Shown in pieces: positions 47,903 through 57,795 of a stretch of 64,000 nucleotides of DNA. The DNA lies in NCBI GenBank assembly GCA_963753145.1, contig CAVWAX010000001.1, positions 39,573 through 103,572 on the forward strand. Reading direction: 5' to 3'. This DNA comes from an uncultured Solirubrobacterales bacterium. Lineage in GTDB: Bacteria; Actinomycetota; Thermoleophilia; Solirubrobacterales; Solirubrobacteraceae. The notes under the pieces are model-generated. The model saw only the letters and a list, made by a program, of their open reading frames with translations. It did not search any database and was not told where the DNA came from. Each line of letters starts with the position of its first letter. The first letter of the stretch is position 1. Both the position numbers and the translations under genes were made by a program.

Positions 47903-48367
47903 TCAGGCGTGCGTCTTGGCCGCCGCGCTCATGCGCTTGACCAACAGCTTGGCGTCCTTCTCAGAGACGGTCCGCAGCTGCCCCTGGAAGGCGAGCTTCC
48001 AGTGCTCGGCCGGCCACTTCTGGATGTGCTCAAGCTTCGTCGCCAGCTTTTCGGCGGGGATCCACTCGTCCTGCTCGAGCACGATCTCCGGCTCGGTCGC
48101 AAAGCGCCAGGGGTAGGCGTCCGCTTTGCCCGGCTTACCCGGCCAGATCTTGGTTCGGTCCTCGTACATCTCACCAACCACCTTGATCGAGCCAGCGAAA
48201 GCCATCACCTTCGTCAGGTAGAGGACGATCCGGTCGCCCGGCTCGATCTGAAGTGCACGTGTGCGGTTGCGCTCCTTGATCCCGATCACCTCGAAGCCGT
48301 GCGCCTTGGTGGCCTCGTGGTTTTCGGGGGAGGCGGTCAGGATCCAGGTATGGGGCGCGTCGGGCAT
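47903..48367 (-). CDS. EVE-domain protein
   Basis: TWILTASPENH, IEPGDRIVLY, YPWRF, FQGQLRTVSEKD. Confidence 0.8.
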   Translation of the reverse strand: MPDAPHTWILTASPENHEATKAHGFEVIGIKERNRTRALQIEPGDRIVLYLTKVMAFAGSIKVVGEMYEDRTKIWPGKPGKADAYPWRFATEPEIVLEQDEWIPAEKLATKLEHIQKWPAEHWKLAFQGQLRTVSEKDAKLLVKRMSAAAKTHA

Positions 48368-48373
48368 TGCGCT

Positions 48374-49936
48374 TCAAAGCATAGGCTGCGGCCGCGCCGG
48401 CGGTGAGATACGTGCGCCCGCTTTCGTCCGAGCGTTCCCAGCGCCCCCCGCACGTGCGGCCCTGGCGCCCTTGGCTTTGCCCTTGGCGGCCGGCTTGACC
48501 GCGATCGCGCCGTCGGCGACTTCTTCGTTGCCGGCCAGGTCCCTCGCTTTGACGACCACGGTGTAGAGGCCCGGCTTGGAGGGCGTCACCCACAGCATCC
48601 TGGGCTTGCCGCCTTCCACCGTCGCGCTGTTGCTCCACACTGTCCTTTCGCCGAGCTTGACGGTCATGCTCAGGGTCGAGACCTTCGACAGCTTGATCTG
48701 CACGCCAGCCCGTTCGCTGGTCCTCAGGTTCTTGGTGAGAAGTTCGACCACGGGCGGGGTCTTCTCGTCTTCGCGGAATTCCTTGGCGGTCGTGCAGTAG
48801 ACGTCGTCGCCTGGGATCTGCGCCGCCGAGACCCCCGGCGTGGCGGCCGCGAGCGGCTCGCCCCGGCCCGTCTTTTCGCACAGGTGTTCGAGGAATTCGG
48901 CGAGCAGTTCGTGGTAGTTGAGATCCGATTCGGAGTGCTGGTCATACATCGACCAGGCGCCCGTGTTGTAGTGGGGCACCTCCTCGCGCGCCTCCGCGTC
49001 GCCCGCTTCGAAAAGCTGCTGGCCGAGTGGGTCGCCGGTCAGCTTGGTGTATTCGTAGAGCCCCACCAGGCTCTGGATGAAGCCGTTGAGGATGCGCTCG
49101 CTCGGTGCGTAGGTGTACTCCAAGTAGTGGGCCCCGGCCGCGGTCTTCACGCGCACCCCGGTCTGCGGGCCGGTCTTGAAGATCCCGAGCGCCTGCTGGG
49201 CCGCCGTCAGGTACTGCGGTTCGTGGGTCTTCGACCACGCCCGTGCCAGCACTTGCAGCGCGGTCCCTTGCGAGAGCCCGCTGGTCCAGGGCGGTGAGCC
49301 GCCGTCGAACTGGAACATGTACTCCCACGCGATCCCTCCCGCCCTTTGCGTGGCCAACGGAATCGCTTCGTTCAGCACTTCCTCGAGCGCGGTCGTGTCT
49401 TTGTCCAGGAAGTACCCGTTGGCCTCGCCAAAGGTGGCCAGCCACTGGATCTCGATGCCCTGCCCCGGGTAGTACTCCCACACCAGGCGGCTTCCGCTGA
49501 AGCTCACGCGCTGGTCGGCGCCCAGCAGTCGTTCGGTGGTCCACCACTGCTTGTTGCGTTCGAGCGTCGTAAACACAATCGGCAGGCGCGAGGCGATCAG
49601 CCGCCCTTTGGAGGCCATCGTTTCGACGTTGGCCACGACCGCGCCCAGTTCGGCGGCCCTCGTGCCGGTCAGTTTGCGAAGTGAGCTCTTGGCCGCGCTG
49701 AAGGCGCCTTGGTACCCGCGGTAGGAGACTTGCGTGATCGCCCCGCTTCGCTCGAGCGCTTGCAGGGCCGCCGTCACGGTCACGCGTCGGCTCGCGCTCG
49801 CGTGCGGCGCGTGCCGCCGAACGCGGGCTGCCCATGCCGCCGTGCAGGAGATGCTCAGCACGCTCATCGTCAAGATCGCCACGAGCAGGAGTGCTCCCCG
49901 AGCATGGGTGCGGGCGCGAGGCGGCTTGGCGGGCAT
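48374..49936 (-). CDS. Secreted D-glucuronyl C5-epimerase-like (alpha/alpha-toroid) protein
   Basis: Signal peptide; WTSGLSQGTALQVLARA, YLEY, ILNGFIQSLVGLYEY, YNTGAWSMYD, YHELL. Confidence 0.75.
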   Translation of the reverse strand: MPAKPPRARTHARGALLLVAILTMSVLSISCTAAWAARVRRHAPHASASRRVTVTAALQALERSGAITQVSYRGYQGAFSAAKSSLRKLTGTRAAELGAVVANVETMASKGRLIASRLPIVFTTLERNKQWWTTERLLGADQRVSFSGSRLVWEYYPGQGIEIQWLATFGEANGYFLDKDTTALEEVLNEAIPLATQRAGGIAWEYMFQFDGGSPPWTSGLSQGTALQVLARAWSKTHEPQYLTAAQQALGIFKTGPQTGVRVKTAAGAHYLEYTYAPSERILNGFIQSLVGLYEYTKLTGDPLGQQLFEAGDAEAREEVPHYNTGAWSMYDQHSESDLNYHELLAEFLEHLCEKTGRGEPLAAATPGVSAAQIPGDDVYCTTAKEFREDEKTPPVVELLTKNLRTSERAGVQIKLSKVSTLSMTVKLGERTVWSNSATVEGGKPRMLWVTPSKPGLYTVVVKARDLAGNEEVADGAIAVKPAAKGKAKGARAARAGGAGNARTKAGARISPPARPQPML

Positions 49937-50007
49937 CGGGCTGATGCTAGGCTCGTTTTTCTGAGGCACCGCAGCAAACCTTGCAGGGCCGTCGGGGGGT
50001 AGAAGCG

Positions 50008-50985
50008 TTGAGGGCATTCTCCAAGAACACCATCATCCGCGTCTCAGTTGCGCTGCTTGTGCTGAGCGCGCTCGTGTGCCTGCTCGTGGCTTGCGGCGGC
50101 GCCTCGGGCGGGGCCGACTCGATCCTCGCCGAAACCTTCTCCGGCAAGACGCCGGTCAAGAGCGGCAACGTCAAGCTCTCCTTCGCCGTCTCCGCCACCG
50201 GCCAGAGCACCGCCACGCAGCCCTTGGCGGTGACGCTCAGCGGCCCCTTCGAAAGCGCCGCCAGCGGCAAGATCCCCCGCTTCGACTTGCAATTGAAACT
50301 CACGGCCGGCGGCCAGCCCCTGTCGGCCGGGGCAACCTCGACCGGTTCGGCCCTGTACGTGCAACTGGCGGGCACCTGGTTCTCGATCCCCTCGGCCGCC
50401 TACACGCAGATCGAAGAAGGCTTCGCCAAGGCGACCGCCGGCTCGAGCTCCGCCAAAGTCCATTCCACGTTCTCGGCGCTCGGGATCGAACCGGGTCGCT
50501 GGCTGAGCGAACCGACCGAGGCCGGCACGACCACGATCGAAGGCGTCTCGGTGGTGCACCTGACCGCCGCGGTCAACCTGCCGGCATTCCTGGCCGACGT
50601 CTCCAAACTCTCCCAGGCGGGCGGCTCGCTCGCCGGCGGCTCGCTCGGGCTCGGCTCAAGCGGCGCCGGCGAATCGCTCTCGCCCGCCGCCCTGGGCGAA
50701 CTGACCAAGTCGATCAAATCTGCCCACGTCAACGTCTACACCGGCCAATCGGACCATCTCCTGCGTCGCCTCGAAGTCACGGCCTCGCTCACCGGCACCC
50801 CCCAAACCCAGACCCTGCTTGGCGGTCTCAGCAGCGCCAACCTGAAGGTCCTGCTCGAATTCTCTTCGATCAACCAGCCCCAAACGATCTCCGCTCCGCC
50901 CAACCCCGAGCCGGCCTCGCAGCTGTTGCCGGCGCTGCAGCAGCTCGTCGGAGCGCTTCAGGGCGCGGGCGGATCCAGTTCCTGA
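50008..50985 (+). CDS. Lipoprotein (LppX/LprAFG-like fold possible)
   Basis: Lipobox LVACG; C-terminal FSSINQPQTISAP. Confidence 0.7.
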   Translation: MRAFSKNTIIRVSVALLVLSALVCLLVACGGASGGADSILAETFSGKTPVKSGNVKLSFAVSATGQSTATQPLAVTLSGPFESAASGKIPRFDLQLKLTAGGQPLSAGATSTGSALYVQLAGTWFSIPSAAYTQIEEGFAKATAGSSSAKVHSTFSALGIEPGRWLSEPTEAGTTTIEGVSVVHLTAAVNLPAFLADVSKLSQAGGSLAGGSLGLGSSGAGESLSPAALGELTKSIKSAHVNVYTGQSDHLLRRLEVTASLTGTPQTQTLLGGLSSANLKVLLEFSSINQPQTISAPPNPEPASQLLPALQQLVGALQGAGGSSS

Positions 50986-51401
50986 AGCGTTCGCTTAACC
51001 TCTGACTCGACATCCATCGGTTCTTCGCCCGAGCGCATCCGGCGTTCGTTGCGGGCGATCACGAGCTGGCGCACCTCTTCGGTCAGGGCCGCGTCGTGTT
51101 TGCCGTAGGTCGCGCCCTCCGCAGCGCTGTCGAGCAGGGCCAGCTCCGCGTCGATGTCGAGCGCCGGTCCGCCGTTGCGCACCTGGCGTTCGCTGCGGGC
51201 CTGCAACATCTGGCGGATCTCCAGCTCACGCTCGGCCTTGGCCAGCGCCGGATTGCCGGGCGACGGGGATCCGGAGGGTCCCATCGTAAGCCCGCCCTCG
51301 CCGATCTTGTCGTACAGGCTGCCGCCGGCCAGGAACGAGCCGACGCCGACGAGCACGAACAAGACCACCGCGCCGACCACCACGACCGTGAACGGTTCCA
51401 T
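50958..51401 (-). CDS. Hypothetical single-TM protein
   Basis: N-terminal TM, EVRQLVIARNERR; CACAAT 6 nt upstream. Confidence 0.7.
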   Translation of the reverse strand: MEPFTVVVVGAVVLFVLVGVGSFLAGGSLYDKIGEGGLTMGPSGSPSPGNPALAKAERELEIRQMLQARSERQVRNGGPALDIDAELALLDSAAEGATYGKHDAALTEEVRQLVIARNERRMRSGEEPMDVESEVKRTLQELDPPAP

Positions 51402-51478
51402 GTGCTGATTGTGGCCTACTTGCGGCCTGCGCGGGGGGCGCCATTGGGCTCGGACCTTCCGCTACCCTTTGGGAACGC

Positions 51479-51498
51479 GATTGACTGACTAGTCAATC
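51479..51498. promoter_or_regulatory. Operator-like inverted repeat GATTGACT-GACT-AGTCAATC
   Basis: Perfect 8-bp arms 45 bp upstream of the acyl-CoA dehydrogenase; TetR-like geometry. Confidence 0.65.
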
Positions 51499-51543
51499 TA
51501 ATCCCGTGCCCCGCGGCGCACCGTCTTAGGAGAACAGCCGACC

Positions 51544-52710
51544 ATGGTCGATTTCACGCTCACCGACGAGCAGAAGAACCTTCGCGAAATGGCCCACGAC
51601 TTTGCCGAGAAAGAGATCCGGCCGGTCGCCTGGGAGTACGACAAGGACGGCACCTGGCCGGCCGACATCATCCAGAAGGCCTGGGACGTCGGCCTGATGA
51701 ACACCCACATCGAGGAGCAGTACGGCGGCCCCGGCGCCGGCTACCTCGACGGCTGTTTGATCGAGGAGGAGCTCTCCTGGGGCTGCTCGGGCATCCAGAC
51801 TTCCTTGGGCTGCAACGGCCTGGCAACCGCGCCGATCGCCCTCGGCGGCTCGGAGGAGACCAAGAAGAAGTACCTGGGCATGCTCACCGAATCGCCCAAG
51901 CTGGCTTCCTTCTGCCTGACCGAGCCCGACGCCGGCTCCGATGTCTCGGGGATGCGCACGACGGCCGTCAAGAAAGGCGACAAGTACGTCATCAACGGAT
52001 CGAAGTGCTTCATCACCAACGGCGGCTACGCCGACTACTACACGGTCTACGCCAAGACCGACAAGGAGGCCGGCCACCGCGGCATCTCCGCCTTCGTCGT
52101 CGAGCGTGACTGGGGCGTCGTTGTCGACAAGAAGGAGGACAAGCTCGGGCAGCGCGCGTCGAACACCGCCACGATCTCCTTCAACGACGTCGAGGTGCCC
52201 GCCGAGAACCTGCTCGGCGAGGAAAACGCGGGCTTCAAGCTCGCGATGATGACCCTCGACCGCACCCGTCCCGGCGTCGCCGCGATGGCCACCGGAATCG
52301 CCCGTGCGGCGTTCGAGTTCGCGACCGACTACTCGCGCGAACGCGTCCAGTTCGGCGTGCCGATTGCGATGCACCAGGCGATCCAGTTCATCATCGCCGA
52401 CATGGCCACCGAGATCGAAGCGGCCCGCCTGCTGACGTGGAAGTCCGCGACGATGCTCGACTCAGGCGAACGCAACACCTTGGTCTCCTCGCACGCCAAG
52501 CGCTTCGCGGCCGACACCGCGATGAAGACCGCCACCGAAGCGGTGCAGGTCTACGGCGGCTACGGCTTCATCAAGGAGTATCCCGTCGAGAAGCTGTTCC
52601 GCGACGCCAAGATCATGCAGCTGTACGAGGGCACTTCGCAGATTCAGCGGCTGGTTATCGCGCGCGAAACGTTGCTCCCGCGGCGGGTTGAGGAGCCCGC
52701 CGCGGTCTGA
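51544..52710 (+). CDS. Acyl-CoA dehydrogenase
   Basis: FCLTEPDAGSD, GSKCFITNG, QVYGGYG, QLYEGTSQIQR. Confidence 0.95.
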   Translation: MVDFTLTDEQKNLREMAHDFAEKEIRPVAWEYDKDGTWPADIIQKAWDVGLMNTHIEEQYGGPGAGYLDGCLIEEELSWGCSGIQTSLGCNGLATAPIALGGSEETKKKYLGMLTESPKLASFCLTEPDAGSDVSGMRTTAVKKGDKYVINGSKCFITNGGYADYYTVYAKTDKEAGHRGISAFVVERDWGVVVDKKEDKLGQRASNTATISFNDVEVPAENLLGEENAGFKLAMMTLDRTRPGVAAMATGIARAAFEFATDYSRERVQFGVPIAMHQAIQFIIADMATEIEAARLLTWKSATMLDSGERNTLVSSHAKRFAADTAMKTATEAVQVYGGYGFIKEYPVEKLFRDAKIMQLYEGTSQIQRLVIARETLLPRRVEEPAAV

Positions 52711-54731
52711 TGTTCGTCTTCAAGTCCGCCGTTGTCGGGGCGGGCACCATGGGTGGACAGATCGCCCAGACGATCGCCGCCGCCGGGTTCCCGGTCGTGC
52801 TCAAGGACATCAACCAGGACCTCGTCCAGGCCGGCTTGGACGAGGCCCGCAAAGTGACCGAGGGCCAGGTCGCAAAGCTCGTCAAGAAGGAGCGCTTCAC
52901 CGTCGAGCAGGGCGCCGCCCAGATCGAGGAGGTCCTCGGGCGCATCCACGGCACCACCTCCTATGAGGCTTTCGGCGATGTGGACTTCGTGATCGAGGCC
53001 GTCCCCGAGCGCATGGAGATCAAGCAGGCCGTCTTTGCGGAGCTCGACGCCGTCTGCCCCGGCCACGCGATCCTCGCATCCAACACCTCATCCCTGTCGA
53101 TCGGCGAGATCGGCGAAGCGACGCTGCGACCCGACAAGGTCGTTGGCTTCCACTACTTCTACCCCGCCTCGGTCATGCCGCTCGTGGAGATCGTCGAGGG
53201 CGAGGAGACCTCTCCCGAAACGGTCACCGCCGCGCTCACCTTCGCCCAGGCGATCCGCAAGCAGCCGATCGCTTGCCTGGAGGTCCCCGGCTTCGTCGTC
53301 AACCGCATCCTGATGGCCGGCATGTCGGAGATCTGGCGCGAGCAGGAAGAGAAGAAACTCTCGATCAAGGCCATGGACGAAGGCATCGGCGCCGCCGGCG
53401 TCGTGCCGATGGGCCCTTACTTCCTGGTCAACCTGCTCGGCCTGGACACCGTCCTGCACGTCGCCGAACACGTCGCCGACGCCTACGGCGAGGAGCGCTT
53501 CTACGTGCCCAAGGGGATGCAAAAACTGGTCGCCGAAGGCAAGCTCGGAGCCAAGACCGGTGGCGACGGCGTCTACAGCCCGACCGGCGAGCCCAACCTC
53601 AAGGGCGAGGAGCAGCCCGACGTGCAGGAGATCGTCGAACTGCTCAGCCTCAAGACGTTCGTCGAGGCCGCCTTGGTCCTGCAAGAGGGCGTCGCGACCC
53701 ACCGCGACATCGACTTCGGGATGATGGCCGGCGCCGGCCTGGACCCGCGCCGCGGCCTGATGCCGCCGTTCATGAAGGCCGACGCCGAAGGGCTCGACAC
53801 GGTGCTCGCGCGCCTGGAAAAGCTGGCCGAGAGCCACGGCGAGCGCTTCACCCCGCCCACGATCCTGCGCCGTCTCGTCGCCCAGGGACGGCTCGGGCAA
53901 AAGAGCGGCCAGGGCTTTTACGCCTATCCACAGCTGGACGCAGCGCAGCCCGCTGAGGTGGTCAAGCTCGAGACGCGCCCCGACGGCGTCGCCGTCGCGT
54001 GGCTCGCCAACGGCCAGATGAACTCGATCTCCCCTCAGGTGATCGAAGACCTTGGCAAGGTCTGGCGCCAGGTCAAGGACGGCTCCGACGGCGTGAACCC
54101 GGTGCGCGCGCTCGTGATCGCCTCCTCCAACCCGTTCCTGTTCAGTGCCGGAGCCGACATCAAGGCGTTCACCTCGATGGACGCCTCCTCGGGCGAGCAG
54201 CTGATCCACGCGGCCCACGCATTGCTGCGCGAACTGGGCTCCGAGGGCATCGCCACGATCGCCGCCGTCAACGGTCTCGCTTTCGGCGGCGGCTGCGAGC
54301 TGGCGATGGCCTGCGACGTGCGCATCGCCGCCCGCTCGGCCACGTTCGGCCAGCCCGAGATCAAGCTCGGGATCATCCCGGGCTTCGGTGGCACCCAACG
54401 GCTGCCGCGTCTCGTCGGTGAGAACAAGGCCTTGGAGATGAACCTGGTGGGCGACCCCATCCTCGCCGAAGAGGCCTTCGAACTGGGCCTCGTCAACCGC
54501 ATGGTCGAGGACCACGAACTGTTCGAGACCGCCTTGGCCTGGGCGCGGCGCCTGGCCGGCCAAGCCCCGATCGCGCTCGAGCAGATCAAGCGCGTCTCCG
54601 CCGCCGGCGACTTGGACGAGGGCATCGAGGCCGAGAAGCGCGGCTTCGCCACGGCGTTTGGCTCGGAGGACGCCAAGGAGGGCATCTCCGCCTTCCTGGG
54701 CAAGCGCGCCGCGCGCTTCCAAGGTCGCTGA
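52710..54731 (+). CDS. Bifunctional 3-hydroxyacyl-CoA dehydrogenase (N) / enoyl-CoA hydratase (C)
   Basis: VVGAGTMG, IEAVPE, ASNTSS, PGFVVNRI, then FSAGADI, AFGGGCELA, PEIKLGIIPGFGGTQRL. Confidence 0.92.
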   Translation: MFVFKSAVVGAGTMGGQIAQTIAAAGFPVVLKDINQDLVQAGLDEARKVTEGQVAKLVKKERFTVEQGAAQIEEVLGRIHGTTSYEAFGDVDFVIEAVPERMEIKQAVFAELDAVCPGHAILASNTSSLSIGEIGEATLRPDKVVGFHYFYPASVMPLVEIVEGEETSPETVTAALTFAQAIRKQPIACLEVPGFVVNRILMAGMSEIWREQEEKKLSIKAMDEGIGAAGVVPMGPYFLVNLLGLDTVLHVAEHVADAYGEERFYVPKGMQKLVAEGKLGAKTGGDGVYSPTGEPNLKGEEQPDVQEIVELLSLKTFVEAALVLQEGVATHRDIDFGMMAGAGLDPRRGLMPPFMKADAEGLDTVLARLEKLAESHGERFTPPTILRRLVAQGRLGQKSGQGFYAYPQLDAAQPAEVVKLETRPDGVAVAWLANGQMNSISPQVIEDLGKVWRQVKDGSDGVNPVRALVIASSNPFLFSAGADIKAFTSMDASSGEQLIHAAHALLRELGSEGIATIAAVNGLAFGGGCELAMACDVRIAARSATFGQPEIKLGIIPGFGGTQRLPRLVGENKALEMNLVGDPILAEEAFELGLVNRMVEDHELFETALAWARRLAGQAPIALEQIKRVSAAGDLDEGIEAEKRGFATAFGSEDAKEGISAFLGKRAARFQGR

Positions 54732-54797
54732 GCCTCAGTTGCACCCAAAGTTGCCGGATCGCTCAAGCAGATCCGCCTGCTTGCCGACATCTCGACC

Positions 54798-56675
54798 ATG
54801 TCGGTTCCAAATAATGGGTTGAGCGAGCATATCGACGACGTTTCGCCGGGCGCCAGGATGGAGCTCGAACGTCACCTGCGCGAGCTCGGCGAAGCCCTCA
54901 ACCGGCGCACCGCCGAGGTGGTCGGCGGCATCCGCCGGCGCAACCAAGAATCGGGTGTCGTGCTCGAGTCGATCGTCGAAGAGAGCTTCGTCCGGGTCGG
55001 CACCGTGTCCACCGAGGCCGTCGCCCGCTGGATGGCCGGCGAGGGCGCCGAGGTTGCCCGCGAGGTCGGCCAGGAGTCCTGGAGCATCTTCGGCCAGCTG
55101 GCCGCCCAGCGCGCCGCGCCGCTCAACGAGGTCACCAAGCGCTGCCTGCGCTGGCGCGACGCCGCCGAGGACACGGTCGGCGAGATCGTCGCGGAGCTGC
55201 AGTTGGGCGAGGCCGTGCTCGTGCGGGCGTTCTCGATGCTCCAGCGCAGCCTCGACGTGACCCTGGTGCGCATGTGCCAGTCCTATGAGGTCGAGCGCCA
55301 GCGCGCCCACGAGGAGCTCTCCCGGCGCCAGGAGGAGCTGGCCTTCATGGCCACCCACGACGCCCTCACCGGCCTGCCCAACCGCACCTTGATCCTCGAC
55401 CGCGTCGAGCAGATGCTCGCCCGTGCGCGGCGCAGCCAGACGCCGGTGGCGGCCCTGTTCGTGGACCTGGACAACTTCAAGTCGATCAACGACACGCTCG
55501 GCCACGGCATCGGCGACCAGCTCCTGCGCGCCGTCGCCGCTCGCCTGGAGGGAGTCGTGCGCGACATCGACGCGCTCGGGCGCCTCGGCGGCGACGAGTT
55601 CGTGGTCGTCGCCGAAGGCATGTCCCTCGCCGCCGGCCCCGAGTTGATCGCCGAGCGCCTCCTGGCCGCCCTCAAGCAGCCGTTCAAGCTCAAGGGCGCC
55701 GAGTCCAAGCGCCTCACCGTAACCGCCTCGGTGGGCGTCGCGATGGGCGACCGCGCCACCGCCGAAGAGCTCCTGCGCGACGCCGACATCGCCATGTATC
55801 GCGCCAAGTGGGAAGGCAAGAACGGCTACGTCGTGTTCGAGTCCGGCATGCAGGACGACGTCCAAAGCAAGATGGAATTGGAGATGGACCTGCGCGACGC
55901 CTACGCCGGCGAGGAGTTCTTCCTCGTCTACCAGCCCACCTTCAACCTGCGCGACATGGTCCCCACCGGCCTCGAGGCCTTGATCCGCTGGCGCCACCCC
56001 CGCCGCGGCGTCGTCCAACCGGACGACTTCGTCCCGATCCTCGAGGAGACAGGCCTGATCGTCGATGTCGGTCGCTGGGTCCTGCACGAGGCGTGCCGCC
56101 AAGGAGCCCAGTGGCGCGACGCCGGCCGGGACATAGGCGTGGCGGTCAACGTCGCTGCGCGCCAGCTCGACCGCGACGAGCTCGTCTCCGAAGTGGCCGA
56201 AGCGCTCAGCGTGAGCGGGCTGGACCCCGACGCGCTCACGATCGAGATCACCGAGACCGCGATCATGGCCAACGCCGAGCAGACCGCCGTGCGCTTGGCC
56301 GCGATCAAGGAGCTCGGCGTGCGCGTCGCGATCGACGACTTCGGCACCGGCTACTCCTCGCTTGCCTACCTCCAGCGCTTTCCCGTGGACGCTTTGAAGA
56401 TCGACCGCTCGTTCGTCTCCAAAATGGGGGAGAACAGCGAAGGCGAGACGCTGATCAGGACCTTGGTTCAGCTCGGCAAGTCGCTCTCGATCGAGACCCT
56501 CGCCGAGGGCATCGAGCAGGCCCACGAGCTGTCATTGCTGCGCGCCGAGAGCTGCGACACAGGCCAAGGCTTCCTGTTCGCGCGCCCGCTCGACGGCCCC
56601 GAATGCGAGGCCTTTCTCGAGCAATGGTCCGGCGCGGTCGCGCCGCTCGCGCCGCCTTCTGTCAGCGGGTCTTGA
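54798..56675 (+). CDS. Diguanylate cyclase/phosphodiesterase (GGDEF-EAL)
   Basis: [45 protein letters not shown]. Confidence 0.95.
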   Translation: MSVPNNGLSEHIDDVSPGARMELERHLRELGEALNRRTAEVVGGIRRRNQESGVVLESIVEESFVRVGTVSTEAVARWMAGEGAEVAREVGQESWSIFGQLAAQRAAPLNEVTKRCLRWRDAAEDTVGEIVAELQLGEAVLVRAFSMLQRSLDVTLVRMCQSYEVERQRAHEELSRRQEELAFMATHDALTGLPNRTLILDRVEQMLARARRSQTPVAALFVDLDNFKSINDTLGHGIGDQLLRAVAARLEGVVRDIDALGRLGGDEFVVVAEGMSLAAGPELIAERLLAALKQPFKLKGAESKRLTVTASVGVAMGDRATAEELLRDADIAMYRAKWEGKNGYVVFESGMQDDVQSKMELEMDLRDAYAGEEFFLVYQPTFNLRDMVPTGLEALIRWRHPRRGVVQPDDFVPILEETGLIVDVGRWVLHEACRQGAQWRDAGRDIGVAVNVAARQLDRDELVSEVAEALSVSGLDPDALTIEITETAIMANAEQTAVRLAAIKELGVRVAIDDFGTGYSSLAYLQRFPVDALKIDRSFVSKMGENSEGETLIRTLVQLGKSLSIETLAEGIEQAHELSLLRAESCDTGQGFLFARPLDGPECEAFLEQWSGAVAPLAPPSVSGS

Positions 56676-57793
56676 CGAGGTCGCGCTCGGGCGCGATGCG
56701 CCAACGTGTAGCGAGCTCGCCCAGATCCTCATCCAAGGTCCACCGGTCCGCCAGCGGCTCGCCCTCGTATTCGACGCTTGCCCCCTTCAAAGCCATCGAG
56801 CCGCTGTTGTCGCCGATCGCACGCAGTTCCTGTACCTCGGTCGCGCTCAGCCTCAGCTCGCTCGGGAGTGCGCCCAGCTCCGCGCGCTTGTCCTCGATCG
56901 GCCGAGCGTTCGACTCCGCTCTCCTGGATCAACGTCGGCGCCACGCAAGCGACCGCCTCGTGCGCCAAGTTCCACTGGCACGCCAGCTGCAACATGCTCA
57001 GCCCGTGCCGCTCGGCGTAGGGGCGCATCCGCTCAAGCTTCTGCGTCCCCGCCTCGACCCAGCCGTCCGGCCTGAACTTGCGGTGGTCGTACTCCGCGAA
57101 CGTGTGACCCGCGCGCACGTCGTCGTGGAACACGCCCCCATAGTCCACCACCCGCGTGATCAGCTTCACCTCGTTGGCCGCCGCCGCGTCGAGCACCAGC
57201 TCGCCCGGCCAAGGCTCCATCGGGCTGAGGATGATCATCGCCCAGTCGAGCGTCTCCCCGAAGCGCTCGAAGCAGTCGATCAGGTCGAGCGTGAACCCGT
57301 TGGCCGGCCCCGGTGCCACGCCCACCAGGCGCGTCAAGCCCTGAGCACGCAAATCGCTCATCCCCTCCCAAACGGCCTCGCTGGTGTAGCCGGTGCGGTC
57401 TGGGTTGTGCAACAGCAACAGATCAAACGCGCTCGCGCCCAGCCGCTCCAAGCTGCACTCGGCGGCCATCCCGATGTAGTCGCCGTAGGCCTCCTGGTCG
57501 CGCAGGCGCGGATCGGTGAAGCGCGGATAGCCCTTTGCGCCTTCGCGCTCGCCCTCATAGAAGTCGTGTCCGATCGCCCCGATCAGGCAGTAGGTGTCGC
57601 GATCGACGCCCTCGATCGCACGGCCGAGCAGCGCGTCGGCCTCGCCCGCGCCGTAGGCGTCGGCGCTCATCACGGTCTCGATCCCCCCGCCCGGGCGCAA
57701 CAGCTCAAGCAGGCGCTCTTCGGGCAGCGGCTCGCCGAAGTGCATGAAGCGTCCCCCGCTCCAGGTGCCGATGGCTGTCTGCGTCGGGTCCAT
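56662..57793 (-). pseudogene. Aldo/keto reductase with a +1 frameshift at ~56910 (possible sequencing error)
   Basis: SADAYG, LLLHNP, QLACQWNL. The coherent C-terminus ARPIEDKRAEL..GDNSGSMALKG..DLVKTR* is in the next frame. The span is 1132 nt (3n+1). Confidence 0.82.
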
Positions 57794-57795
57794 GC

